A stretch of DNA of 64,000 nucleotides from Acutalibacteraceae bacterium (GTDB lineage Bacteria > Bacillota > Clostridia > Oscillospirales > Acutalibacteraceae): positions 15,544-79,543 of the forward strand of contig JAZNRJ010000040.1 in NCBI GenBank assembly GCA_045590675.1. Direction: 5' to 3'. Positions 55,728 to 64,000 of the stretch are shown here, in pieces (position 1 is the first letter of the stretch; each line of letters opens with the position of its first letter). The position numbers and the translations under genes are program-made. Under the pieces are notes generated by a model that was not told the DNA's origin, searched no databases, and worked only from the letters and a program-made list of their open reading frames with translations.

Positions 55728-58673
55728 TTACTCAAACACCGCGCCGTCGGGTACGGGGGTTCCTATTTTGTTATACTCGGGAATCGGAGCTGATTTTTGG
55801 GCATCAAAAATGAATTTTACACCATCAGATTTAAAATAATAGGCAAGCTTTCCTGAATCAATCTCAGTTGTTATCACAAGATAATCACCTTGAATTTCAT
55901 ATCCGCCATAAATAATAAGGCTGCTTAAAGGAGAATAGAAGAAATTTGCCTGACCATTGTTATAAAGAGTAATAACCGGGTTCATTTCAAGAGCGGATGA
56001 ATCCTTTTCGCCTTTAAGATTATAGGTATATGTGAATTCAACCTTTTGCTCAACATCTTCACCTTTCACGGCATCAAACACGCTGCAGGAATCTGTAACA
56101 TTCTTTGAAAGCTGAACCGGTACAAACCACGAAGCTTCATCAAAAGTATACACTTCAGGCTTAACCGTATTAACAGTAACGCACAAAGCGCCGTTTTCAA
56201 CAACAATCTGACCGACCTGATGCCTGAAAGAACCGCTCGGTTCGGTAACATAAACAAGAAGTAAAGAGTTGGAGTCAAAATAACCTTCATTGAATTTTGA
56301 AATGTATTCATTGAACGAAGGACATTCGTCGTAAGCGGCATCAAAAACCGATTTATCGGCAAAAGAATCCCTGAATTCAACCAGCTCTTTAAGCGAATCA
56401 AACTTAAAAACCGGTAAATGCTGAACGTTGCTGATATAAAGCTTATCTTTGTTCAAAGACGTAAGAAAAATATTATCTGCCGTTTGCGAAGATAAACCTA
56501 TATAAGGCATAAGCTCTTTAACCCCATACCTTACCGTATAATCGCCAATTCCAAAAAAGACGGATGCTTGCTCATAGCAATTATCGGTCATAAACTCCAT
56601 TTCTCTTTCATTATCGCCGTTAACTGCATTCGGGAATAAAGAGCTGATTTCATCATATTTGAGCTTATCTTTTTTGGGGTCGTGTTCTGAATATTCAACT
56701 AAAAGATATGAGCCGTCAGAATTTTTATTGAAAGACATCATAACCGGCACAGCTTTTGAGGAATTAAGAACAAGCATACCCAAGTCGTTTATATAATATG
56801 TTTCGTGCAAAGTAAGTGCGTAAACTTTTATATGTTCTTCGCCGCCGTTATTTTCTGTTATTTTATCAAGAATCCAATGCGATTCAAAGCTTCTCCAGGT
56901 ATCATAGAACACTCCGTGATTATTTGCAAGAATTGCCTCAGAAACAGCGGCTTCAATGGTTTTAGGTGCTGTATCGGTTGTCTTTTCAATCTTATATACC
57001 CATCTTACGCTGTGTTCATTTTTACCTTTAAGCATATATAGGTCGCCGTTTTTTTGTTTTAACAACATATAAAGCACATCAGTTTTACCGTCTTTGCTGA
57101 TAAAAAGACGCCAAGCTTTTTCATTTTCGGTTCTTAATTTTTCAGGTGAAAAGTTCTTATAATCCAAAGAGGTACTGAAAGTATTGTCAAAATTTTGCTT
57201 ATCAAGAGTATACTCGCCCATCTGCCCGATAACGCTCCAACCAAGCACACCCTGAGTTTTTTCTTTTAATGTCATGCCTGAGTCAAAATCATAATAATAA
57301 TTGCCCGTGACTCCGCCGAGCATTGAAAAAGAACCGTCGGCAAAAACAACCTCGTCAGCAACATAAGTGTTGCAGTATATTGAATAAGAATCAAAAAAAT
57401 TGCGCACATCTTTCGGATGTAAAACCTTATAACTCAAAGTGGGTTTAACAAAATTATTTACCCAAACCTCGGTACAATCAGAGTTGAAATTATAGGTAAT
57501 AAATCTTAAATTATTTACATCTGCACCTGCAACCGTAAAACTTATGCTGTAAGATGAATCACGGTCAACATTTCTACTGTCATCAACCGGATTTTTGCTT
57601 ACTCTTATATTTTTCAAAAAATCAACAATCGGATCAACTTCTTCTTTTTGCGAAGTTTCGAAAACACCGGCTGAGTTTGATAAACTTGCACCCCATACAG
57701 CGGGAAAATTCAACCCCTCAACATTTACAAGCAAATCCCCCCTCGGATTTGTCATAAAACAAACTGCAACAATCAAGCTTACTATCAAAGCTGATATGAT
57801 AATCCAAAAAGCAGGTTTTTTATAATCCATAACACTTTTGATTCGGTTTTTCACATCAACTTCGCCGAAAGCCAAAGGACAAACAGCTATTCTTTTACGG
57901 TTAACGCTGCAATTAAGCAGAGCATATGAATATTCTTTTCGCTTTTCTTCACCGAATTCTTTTATAACTTTTTCATCACATGCAATTTCAATATCACGGC
58001 AAAGCAGTATATATGCAACCCATATAACAGGATTAAACCAATAAAACGAAAGAAGAAGAAAACCGAAAGGCTTGATGAAGTGGTCCTTGCGTTTAATATG
58101 AGCATTTTCATGAGCAACAACGTGAGCTAAATCAGTTTCACTAAGCCCAAACGGAACATAAATTCTGGGGTGAATAATCCCCAACACAAAGGGGGAACGA
58201 ACAAACTCACTTTGATAAACATTTTTTTTAAAAAGAACTGCGGTTTTCATTTTGTTTTTAAGAAGCAAAAAGCTTATCAATGCATAACCAAGCATTAAAG
58301 CTATTCCACAAACCCATACAACAGCTGCAACCGCCGTTACAACCTGAAGAGGATTCACACTTGCTGAAGGGTCGGGAGCAAAGCTTTGTTCAATTATCGG
58401 ATTAACCATACTGTTAACCGAATAAATACCAGTAGTTATCTGCGGAACATTATCGTGAGCAATTGTAGGCGGAACCGTTTCGGCACTTGGAATAAGACTG
58501 AACACACTTTCAATCGAAAACGGACAAATTAAACGGATACCCACAAGAGACCACAAAGCACACATAACCCATTTAGGAACTTTTTTAAAGATAAAGCGAA
58601 CAGCCATAACAGCCAAAACAAGCCAGCTTGCAGTTATACTCATATTCAGAATTTTAAGAAAAATATCAGTCAT
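55728..58673 (-). CDS. BlaR1/MecR1-type M56 metallopeptidase with a large non-PBP extracellular region
   Basis: SPFVLG...PRIY.P, zinc motif HENAH, WFNP..W...DIEIACDE and FGEVDVKNRI...YKKPAFW; I see no SxxK beta-lactam sensor domain. Confidence 0.9.
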   Translation of the reverse strand: MTDIFLKILNMSITASWLVLAVMAVRFIFKKVPKWVMCALWSLVGIRLICPFSIESVFSLIPSAETVPPTIAHDNVPQITTGIYSVNSMVNPIIEQSFAPDPSASVNPLQVVTAVAAVVWVCGIALMLGYALISFLLLKNKMKTAVLFKKNVYQSEFVRSPFVLGIIHPRIYVPFGLSETDLAHVVAHENAHIKRKDHFIKPFGFLLLSFYWFNPVIWVAYILLCRDIEIACDEKVIKEFGEEKRKEYSYALLNCSVNRKRIAVCPLAFGEVDVKNRIKSVMDYKKPAFWIIISALIVSLIVAVCFMTNPRGDLLVNVEGLNFPAVWGASLSNSAGVFETSQKEEVDPIVDFLKNIRVSKNPVDDSRNVDRDSSYSISFTVAGADVNNLRFITYNFNSDCTEVWVNNFVKPTLSYKVLHPKDVRNFFDSYSIYCNTYVADEVVFADGSFSMLGGVTGNYYYDFDSGMTLKEKTQGVLGWSVIGQMGEYTLDKQNFDNTFSTSLDYKNFSPEKLRTENEKAWRLFISKDGKTDVLYMLLKQKNGDLYMLKGKNEHSVRWVYKIEKTTDTAPKTIEAAVSEAILANNHGVFYDTWRSFESHWILDKITENNGGEEHIKVYALTLHETYYINDLGMLVLNSSKAVPVMMSFNKNSDGSYLLVEYSEHDPKKDKLKYDEISSLFPNAVNGDNEREMEFMTDNCYEQASVFFGIGDYTVRYGVKELMPYIGLSSQTADNIFLTSLNKDKLYISNVQHLPVFKFDSLKELVEFRDSFADKSVFDAAYDECPSFNEYISKFNEGYFDSNSLLLVYVTEPSGSFRHQVGQIVVENGALCVTVNTVKPEVYTFDEASWFVPVQLSKNVTDSCSVFDAVKGEDVEQKVEFTYTYNLKGEKDSSALEMNPVITLYNNGQANFFYSPLSSLIIYGGYEIQGDYLVITTEIDSGKLAYYFKSDGVKFIFDAQKSAPIPEYNKIGTPVPDGAVFE

Positions 58674-58684
58674 TAAAATCCCTC

Positions 58685-59035
58685 CTATTTTTCAATTATG
58701 CGGCGTATTTCTTCAATCTCTTTTTCAGAAAGCTTTTGATGTTTAGTAAATGCAGCAATAAAAGCAGGCAAAGAGCCTTCAAACTTTTTTTCAACAAGTT
58801 CGTCTATCTCAGCTTTCTGCGCTTCATCTTTTGAGACAAGAGAAGTAACAACCGTATTTTCATTTTTCAGAACACCTCGTTCCGAAAGTCTTTTTATAAC
58901 TGTATACGTTGTTGTTTTTGACCAGCCAAGTCTTTCTTTGCAAAGTTTTGCAAGTTCTCCACTTGCAATGGGTTCGTTTTCCCAAAGAACAAGGCAAAAT
59001 CTGTATTCACTTTCAAATATTTTAGGCACTGCCAC
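58685..59035 (-). CDS. BlaI/MecI/CopY family repressor
   Basis: ESEYRFCLVLWE, WSKTTTYTVIKRL..RG and FEGSLPAFIAAF. Confidence 0.93.
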   Translation of the reverse strand: MAVPKIFESEYRFCLVLWENEPIASGELAKLCKERLGWSKTTTYTVIKRLSERGVLKNENTVVTSLVSKDEAQKAEIDELVEKKFEGSLPAFIAAFTKHQKLSEKEIEEIRRIIEK

Positions 59036-59048
59036 AAAACCAACTCCG

Positions 59049-59100
59049 TTCTAATCTGTTAGTACAGCTCTATTCTAACGCATTAGAACGATTTTGTCAA
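59049..59100 (-). promoter_or_regulatory. blaI-like promoter with two palindromic operators
   Basis: Minus-strand TTGACA 59095-59100, 17 bp, TAGAAT 59072-59077; palindromes TTCTAA-TCTG-TTAGTA (59049-59064) and TTCTAA-CGCA-TTAGAA (59073-59088). Confidence 0.75.
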
Positions 59101-59145
59101 GGCATAATTATAATTTTTGTATTCATACAGCCTTTTTAAAAAAGA

Positions 59146-59174
59146 TTGACTATTATCTATCCTTTGTATATAAT
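59146..59174 (+). promoter_or_regulatory. sigmaA promoter of the lipoprotein-GH2 transcript
   Basis: TTGACT, 17 bp, TATAAT. Confidence 0.7.
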
Positions 59175-59202
59175 TAGATATATATAATAAAGGAGAATAT
59201 CA

Positions 59203-59805
59203 ATGAAAAGAACGGTTGCTTTTATTTTATGCCTGCTTTTTATTCTATCAGGCTGCTCAAACGGTGCATCCTCTTCAGAAACCCCAACAGACATAACTGA
59301 AATTACCGAGGAACAAATTCCCGGATTTGAAAACTATATCGGTGATGCTCAGCTTGAAATATTCAGAACACTGATAAAAGCTAATGCATATTTTGTTACA
59401 GACGTTTTTTACGCTTCAAGGCTGAGTTTTAATGAAAAAGCATATTTTGAAAAGGATTCAGTAAGATATTTCAAGGTTGAATCTGAGAAATTTAAAAATT
59501 ATGAAGAACTTAAAGATTCCGTTTACGCTGTTTATACTGACAAAGTTGCTCAAAAGCTTTTGACAAACCCGGGCATTTACAACGGAATTGACGGTGTATT
59601 CTGCATTGATTCAACAAAAACAAAAGGCAACGAATATAACTATGATTGGGACAATTTCGCTTTGGATGTAAAACAAGCTACAAGCGTTAAATGCATATTA
59701 ACGGCTACAGTCAAAGACAAATCAGGCAACGAAAAGCAAATTGATATTACCGTTGTTTCAGATAACGGTAATTGGAAATTAAACGATTTTTATACCGGAA
59801 TATAA
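59203..59805 (+). CDS. Lipoprotein, IseA (DL-endopeptidase inhibitor)-like
   Basis: Lipobox LSGC; F..YEELK..V...YT......L....Y..IDG.F and C-terminal DNGNWKL recall IseA-family proteins (the family call is weaker than the CDS call). Confidence 0.55.
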   Translation: MKRTVAFILCLLFILSGCSNGASSSETPTDITEITEEQIPGFENYIGDAQLEIFRTLIKANAYFVTDVFYASRLSFNEKAYFEKDSVRYFKVESEKFKNYEELKDSVYAVYTDKVAQKLLTNPGIYNGIDGVFCIDSTKTKGNEYNYDWDNFALDVKQATSVKCILTATVKDKSGNEKQIDITVVSDNGNWKLNDFYTGI

Positions 59806-59817
59806 GGAGATATTAAT

Positions 59818-61572
59818 ATGAGCACTATAAGAACACCTTGGTTTGATAAAATCAACAAAACCTGCCCCCTTTCTGAATATCCCAGACCTCAGCTTGAAAG
59901 AAAGGATTGGCTCTGCCTCAACGGGGAATATGATTATGCAATAACCAATGATTCCTGCGATTTTCCCGCTGCTTATGACGGAAAAATCCTTGTTCCCTAT
60001 TCAGTTGAATCTGAGCTTTCGGGAGTTCAAAAACCGCTTAAACCCTGCGAAAGACTTTGGTACCGCAAAAAATTTGATTTATATAAATCTTTTGAAGGCA
60101 AAAAAGTTCTGTTGCATTTTGAAGCTGTTGACTGGCAGTGCTCAATTTGGGTGAACGGCAAACTTATCGGCGAACATACAGGCGGCTACAATCCTTTTAC
60201 TTTTGATATAACCGACGTTGTAAACAATGAAGACAACGAACTCGTTGTTAAAGTTTATGACCCGACTGATGCCGGCCATCAGCAAAGAGGCAAGCAGGTT
60301 AATGAAACCCACGGATTCTGGTACACCGCAACTTCAGGCATATGGCAAACAGTATGGCTTGAACCTGTTAACAAGAACAGAATTGATAATATCCGCTTGC
60401 TTCCTGATATTGATAAAAGCGTTATAAGCATCAAAACAGATGTTACAGCAAACGGCGGCAAGCTTGCTGCAGAAATCTATGACGGTGATAATGCTGTTTT
60501 CAGCGGTGAAATTTCAAACAATTGCGAAATTGAAATCAAAAACGCTAAACTTTGGAGCCCTGAATCACCTTTTCTTTATACACTTAAGCTCACATATGAA
60601 CTTGATGGCGAAAAAGACGAGGTTTCAAGCTACTTTGGAATGCGTAAATTCTCAATAATGAAAGACGGCAAGGGTATACCGAGACTTGCTCTTAACAACA
60701 AGCCCTATTTCCAGAAAGGTCTGCTTGACCAGGGCTATTGGCCCGAAACCCAGCTCACCCCTCCTACCGACGAGGCGATGATATTTGACATTCAGAAAAT
60801 GAAAGACCTTGGCTACAATATGCTCAGAAAGCATATCAAGGTTGAACCCAGACGCTGGTATTATCACTGTGACCGTATAGGTATGCTTGTTTGGCAGGAT
60901 ATGGTAAGCGGCGGTCAGTATATAGGCAACATTCTTGCCGGTGCTCTCCCGAATTTAAGCATTCACGTTAAAGATAATATGTATAAGGCGTTCAAGAGAG
61001 AAAAACCTGAATGGCGCGAAGAATTTAAACGTGAACTTTTTGAAATGATTGATAATCTTTACAACAGCGTTTCACTCTGCTGCTGGGTTCCCTTTAACGA
61101 AGGATGGGGTCAGTTCGATGCAAAAGAAATCGGCGAAAAGGTTAAAGCATACGATCCCTCAAGGTTTGTTGACCACGCAAGCGGCTGGCACGATCAAAAA
61201 GGTCCGGATTTCAAGAGTATGCACAGATATATTGTACCTGTTACTCCTCCTTTCAGCTTCACAAGAATCGGCAGACCTTATGTTTTGAGTGAATACGGCG
61301 GATATAGCTGGAACATCAAAAACCACGTTTGGAACGAAAAACGCTCTTTCGGTTATATTATGTTCAAGGACACACAAGGCCTCACAAAAGCTTATAAAAA
61401 GCTTCACGAAACTCAGATTATTCCTTTGATAAAAAGAGGTCTTTGTGCAACGGTTTACACTCAGGTAAGCGATGTTGAATTTGAAGTTAACGGCATTTAC
61501 AGCTATGACAGAAAAGTTCTTAAACTTGATGCTGAAATGATAAAAGAAATCAACAAAAAGCTCACTTATTAA
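59818..61572 (+). CDS. GH2 glycoside hydrolase (short cytoplasmic type)
   Basis: EYPRPQL, LHFEAVD, SGIWQTVWLE, NMLRKHIK, acid/base FNEGWG and nucleophile SEYGG. Confidence 0.92.
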   Translation: MSTIRTPWFDKINKTCPLSEYPRPQLERKDWLCLNGEYDYAITNDSCDFPAAYDGKILVPYSVESELSGVQKPLKPCERLWYRKKFDLYKSFEGKKVLLHFEAVDWQCSIWVNGKLIGEHTGGYNPFTFDITDVVNNEDNELVVKVYDPTDAGHQQRGKQVNETHGFWYTATSGIWQTVWLEPVNKNRIDNIRLLPDIDKSVISIKTDVTANGGKLAAEIYDGDNAVFSGEISNNCEIEIKNAKLWSPESPFLYTLKLTYELDGEKDEVSSYFGMRKFSIMKDGKGIPRLALNNKPYFQKGLLDQGYWPETQLTPPTDEAMIFDIQKMKDLGYNMLRKHIKVEPRRWYYHCDRIGMLVWQDMVSGGQYIGNILAGALPNLSIHVKDNMYKAFKREKPEWREEFKRELFEMIDNLYNSVSLCCWVPFNEGWGQFDAKEIGEKVKAYDPSRFVDHASGWHDQKGPDFKSMHRYIVPVTPPFSFTRIGRPYVLSEYGGYSWNIKNHVWNEKRSFGYIMFKDTQGLTKAYKKLHETQIIPLIKRGLCATVYTQVSDVEFEVNGIYSYDRKVLKLDAEMIKEINKKLTY

Positions 61573-61599
61573 TCAGCGGTTATTCAAGGAGTGATGATA

Positions 61600-62550
61600 A
61601 TGACGGATGCACTCAATGCAAGAGGAAGAATCCTGGCGCTTCTCGAAATTCTTACAATGTATACCGATGAACATAACACTCTAACTGCCGAGCAATTATG
61701 CGAAAAACTCAGCGAATACGGTTATGAGATAACAAAGAGAACTGTTCTTTCAGATATAAAAGTTATTGAACAGTCACCTTATGACATCGTTAAAGTATCG
61801 CGCGAAAAGGGCTATTACATCATTAAAACCAATGACGCTATGGCAATCAGAAAAATTATTGCCGCAGCATTTTCATCTCCGATGATTTCAAAAAATGATG
61901 TTGAAGAAATCAAAAGATATCTTGACCGCAATTCCTGCATTGCAACCCTTAACACAATTTACGGCACTTCCGAATCTTTTACCTGCAAAACTCAGAAAAG
62001 CAGAATCCCGTTTGATCTGATTTTGCCAATCCGAGAAGCAATCAAAACAAAAAGAAGGGTAAAATTAACTTATACAGTTATTAACCCGGGAGACGGTTAT
62101 TCTGAGCCTTACATTACAAACGAAGTAATTATAAATCCAATAAAACTTGTTATTTCATCAAACTCTCACGCATTGATTTTTTCGCTTCCTAAAACTCCTG
62201 ATAAACCCGAATTTATCAATATCCACAGAATATCTTCAGTTTCAATTCTCAGCCAACGCCAAAACAATGAATGCTCGGAGCATCTCAATGCAACAAACTT
62301 TTTTAATTCCGAGCCTCTTATTTCAGATGAAAACACTTCTGAATGGCTTGTTCTAAAATTTAAAAAAGAATATTCTGAAACTGTTGACAGTTTTTTCTCA
62401 GCTCCCGTTCAGTATAAAAAGAACACTAACGATGCTTTTACACTTGCCAAAGTTAATTATCCTATTAATAAAGAATTAATTGGCTGGCTGTATACGAATA
62501 AAGATATAATTGAAGTTATAACTCCAGCTAAATTAAAAGATATTTTATAA
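61600..62550 (+). CDS. Winged-HTH/WYL-domain transcriptional regulator (divergent)
   Basis: RILALLEILTMYTDEHNTLT...RTVLSDI N-terminal HTH; I..AI..K..V...Y...NP..L...HRI..V WYL-like core. Confidence 0.75.
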   Translation: MTDALNARGRILALLEILTMYTDEHNTLTAEQLCEKLSEYGYEITKRTVLSDIKVIEQSPYDIVKVSREKGYYIIKTNDAMAIRKIIAAAFSSPMISKNDVEEIKRYLDRNSCIATLNTIYGTSESFTCKTQKSRIPFDLILPIREAIKTKRRVKLTYTVINPGDGYSEPYITNEVIINPIKLVISSNSHALIFSLPKTPDKPEFINIHRISSVSILSQRQNNECSEHLNATNFFNSEPLISDENTSEWLVLKFKKEYSETVDSFFSAPVQYKKNTNDAFTLAKVNYPINKELIGWLYTNKDIIEVITPAKLKDIL

Positions 62551-62571
62551 CATTTAACGAGGTGTTTAAAA

Positions 62572-63792
62572 ATGATTAAACGAATCATATCTTTGTTGCT
62601 TGTCACATCATTGATTTTCGCCTTTGCCGCATGCAGTAAAAACCCCGGCACCAACCCTGAAACTAAAACAGATGCTTTATCATCAACAATCGATATCAAA
62701 TTGCCTGAAACTGATAAAAAAGTGGCAATTCTTGTTGCACCCGAAACGCAATATCCCGAAGATTACAGAACGGCAAAAGCTTTGTCTGAACAATATCCTG
62801 ATAAAATTATTGTTAAAGAATACGCCGACACCCGTATTCTTACACCTGGCGATTCAGAAATAATAACTTTTTCAAGAGAAATTGCAGCCGACTCATCTTA
62901 CGGTGCAATTGTATATTCGAGAGCACCACGTTATACCAGCTATGCAATTTCACAAGCAAAGGAAGCTGCAAAAAACATAAACCCCGAGCTTAAATTTATT
63001 TGCGTGGAGCCCGAAGAATCAATCTTTGATTTAGGCCAAAAAGCAAACCTCGTTATTGCAGCAGACTGGTATGCAGCTGCAAAAGACATAGTAGCTCAAG
63101 CAAAGACTCACGGTGCTGAAAGTTTTCTTTTCTTCTCCTTTAACCGCCATATAGTTGATAATCCTCTTTACGGCAATGTTATGGCACACGTTGAAACAGC
63201 TTGTGAAGAACAAGGTATTAAATTTATTTATGATTCATCTCTTGATTCAAGCGGCAGCGAGTACGATATGAACAAAGCAAAACAGTACCTCGAAGAAGCT
63301 GTTGCCCGTCATATCAAAAACGGAACTATCGGCAACAAAAATGTTGCTCTCTTTTCAACTGACAGTGCTGTTCAGGATAAACTAATTGAAATAGCAAATA
63401 ACCGCAGTTTTATTTATATTTCACCTTCATTCCCCACTGCTTATAACGGTTTAGGTTCATTTTATAATATAACATTACCTGGTAATATACTTGATACCAA
63501 AACATATATTGAAGATGTAAAAAAAGCAATAGCATCGGATAACACTGCAAAAGGTAAGTTTTCAATTTATAATTATCCACTTGCCGCTAATCTTCTCACT
63601 TGTGCTGTTTGTTGTGCATTTGATCTGATAGTAAACACCAAAGAAATTAACTATCATACACTTGAAGAAATTGTTATGGCGCGTCTTAAAAGCATTAATA
63701 ATAACGAAGAATTCACAGCAAGCCACTATGACACAGAAAACCATATAAACCTTTTCAAAGCCTACTGCCCCGGATATGAAATTATAAAATAA
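62572..63792 (+). CDS. DUF3798-like lipoprotein (periplasmic-binding-protein-like)
   Basis: Lipobox FAAC; K.AILV...Q..EDYR.A..L..QY, GAESFLFFSFNRH and CEEQGIKF. Confidence 0.7.
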   Translation: MIKRIISLLLVTSLIFAFAACSKNPGTNPETKTDALSSTIDIKLPETDKKVAILVAPETQYPEDYRTAKALSEQYPDKIIVKEYADTRILTPGDSEIITFSREIAADSSYGAIVYSRAPRYTSYAISQAKEAAKNINPELKFICVEPEESIFDLGQKANLVIAADWYAAAKDIVAQAKTHGAESFLFFSFNRHIVDNPLYGNVMAHVETACEEQGIKFIYDSSLDSSGSEYDMNKAKQYLEEAVARHIKNGTIGNKNVALFSTDSAVQDKLIEIANNRSFIYISPSFPTAYNGLGSFYNITLPGNILDTKTYIEDVKKAIASDNTAKGKFSIYNYPLAANLLTCAVCCAFDLIVNTKEINYHTLEEIVMARLKSINNNEEFTASHYDTENHINLFKAYCPGYEIIK

Positions 63793-63794
63793 AC

Positions 63795-63835
63795 AAAGCT
63801 GCCTTGATGCATTACAAATGCTTCAGGGCAGTTTT
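63795..63835 (+). terminator. Intrinsic terminator
   Basis: AAAGCTGCCTTGA/TCAGGGCAGTTTT. Confidence 0.7.
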
Positions 63836-63934
63836 AAATTTATATTAAGAATAGTTACAATACAGTTAAATTTATTGCATAATGATAGACAATATTATTA
63901 TTTAAAGCTATAATTAAATAAAGGAGATGATGTA

Positions 63935-64000
63935 TTGAAAAAACTCATAAAAATATTCATGGGATTATTAATATTGATCATTATTGCAACAACAGCGGTT
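63935..64000 (+). CDS. 5' end of an exported or membrane protein (truncated by the window edge)
   Basis: AAGGAG RBS, TTG start and the signal-like MKKLIKIFMGLLILIIIATTAV. Confidence 0.6.
   Translation, partial: MKKLIKIFMGLLILIIIATTAV

Noticed and set aside
1-64000. CRISPR array, IS elements, integrase or prophage
   Set aside because: I found no regularly spaced direct repeats and no ORF with transposase, recombinase, cas or phage motifs.

Overview
Gene-dense, AT-rich bacterial chromosome segment. Gene content and near-consensus sigmaA promoters (TTGACA-17-TATAAT) point to an anaerobic Clostridia-class Firmicute (inference). It holds about 57 CDSs (two truncated at the window edges), two isolated tRNAs (Pro-CGG, Leu-UAA) and many intrinsic terminators. 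I see no CRISPR array, transposase, integrase or phage genes. Main themes: (1) glycan and pentose use, with two GH3s, GH43, GH30, GH39-like, GH2, xylA-xylB, an iolG-like gene and four GPH-type MFS transporters, but no ABC or PTS sugar system; (2) envelope signalling, with an OmpR/HK pair, an ECF sigma/anti-sigma pair, a BlaI/M56 pair and a WYL regulator; (3) a Fur/PerR-rubrerythrin peroxide module; (4) housekeeping genes such as asnS, thiN and alaA. Best candidates for undescribed biology: a switchable attenuator-like RNA leader before pnuC; a BlaI/BlaR-like system with a non-penicillin-binding sensor, visible operators and a divergent IseA-like lipoprotein; a PatB-redoxin fusion; a degenerate PPase-NUDIX fusion; a shared amphipathic C-terminal tail on secreted proteins; an MFS coupled to a membrane LRR protein; and a REP/MITE-like palindrome beside tRNA-Leu. 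All family assignments come from motif recognition by eye; no database search was run.
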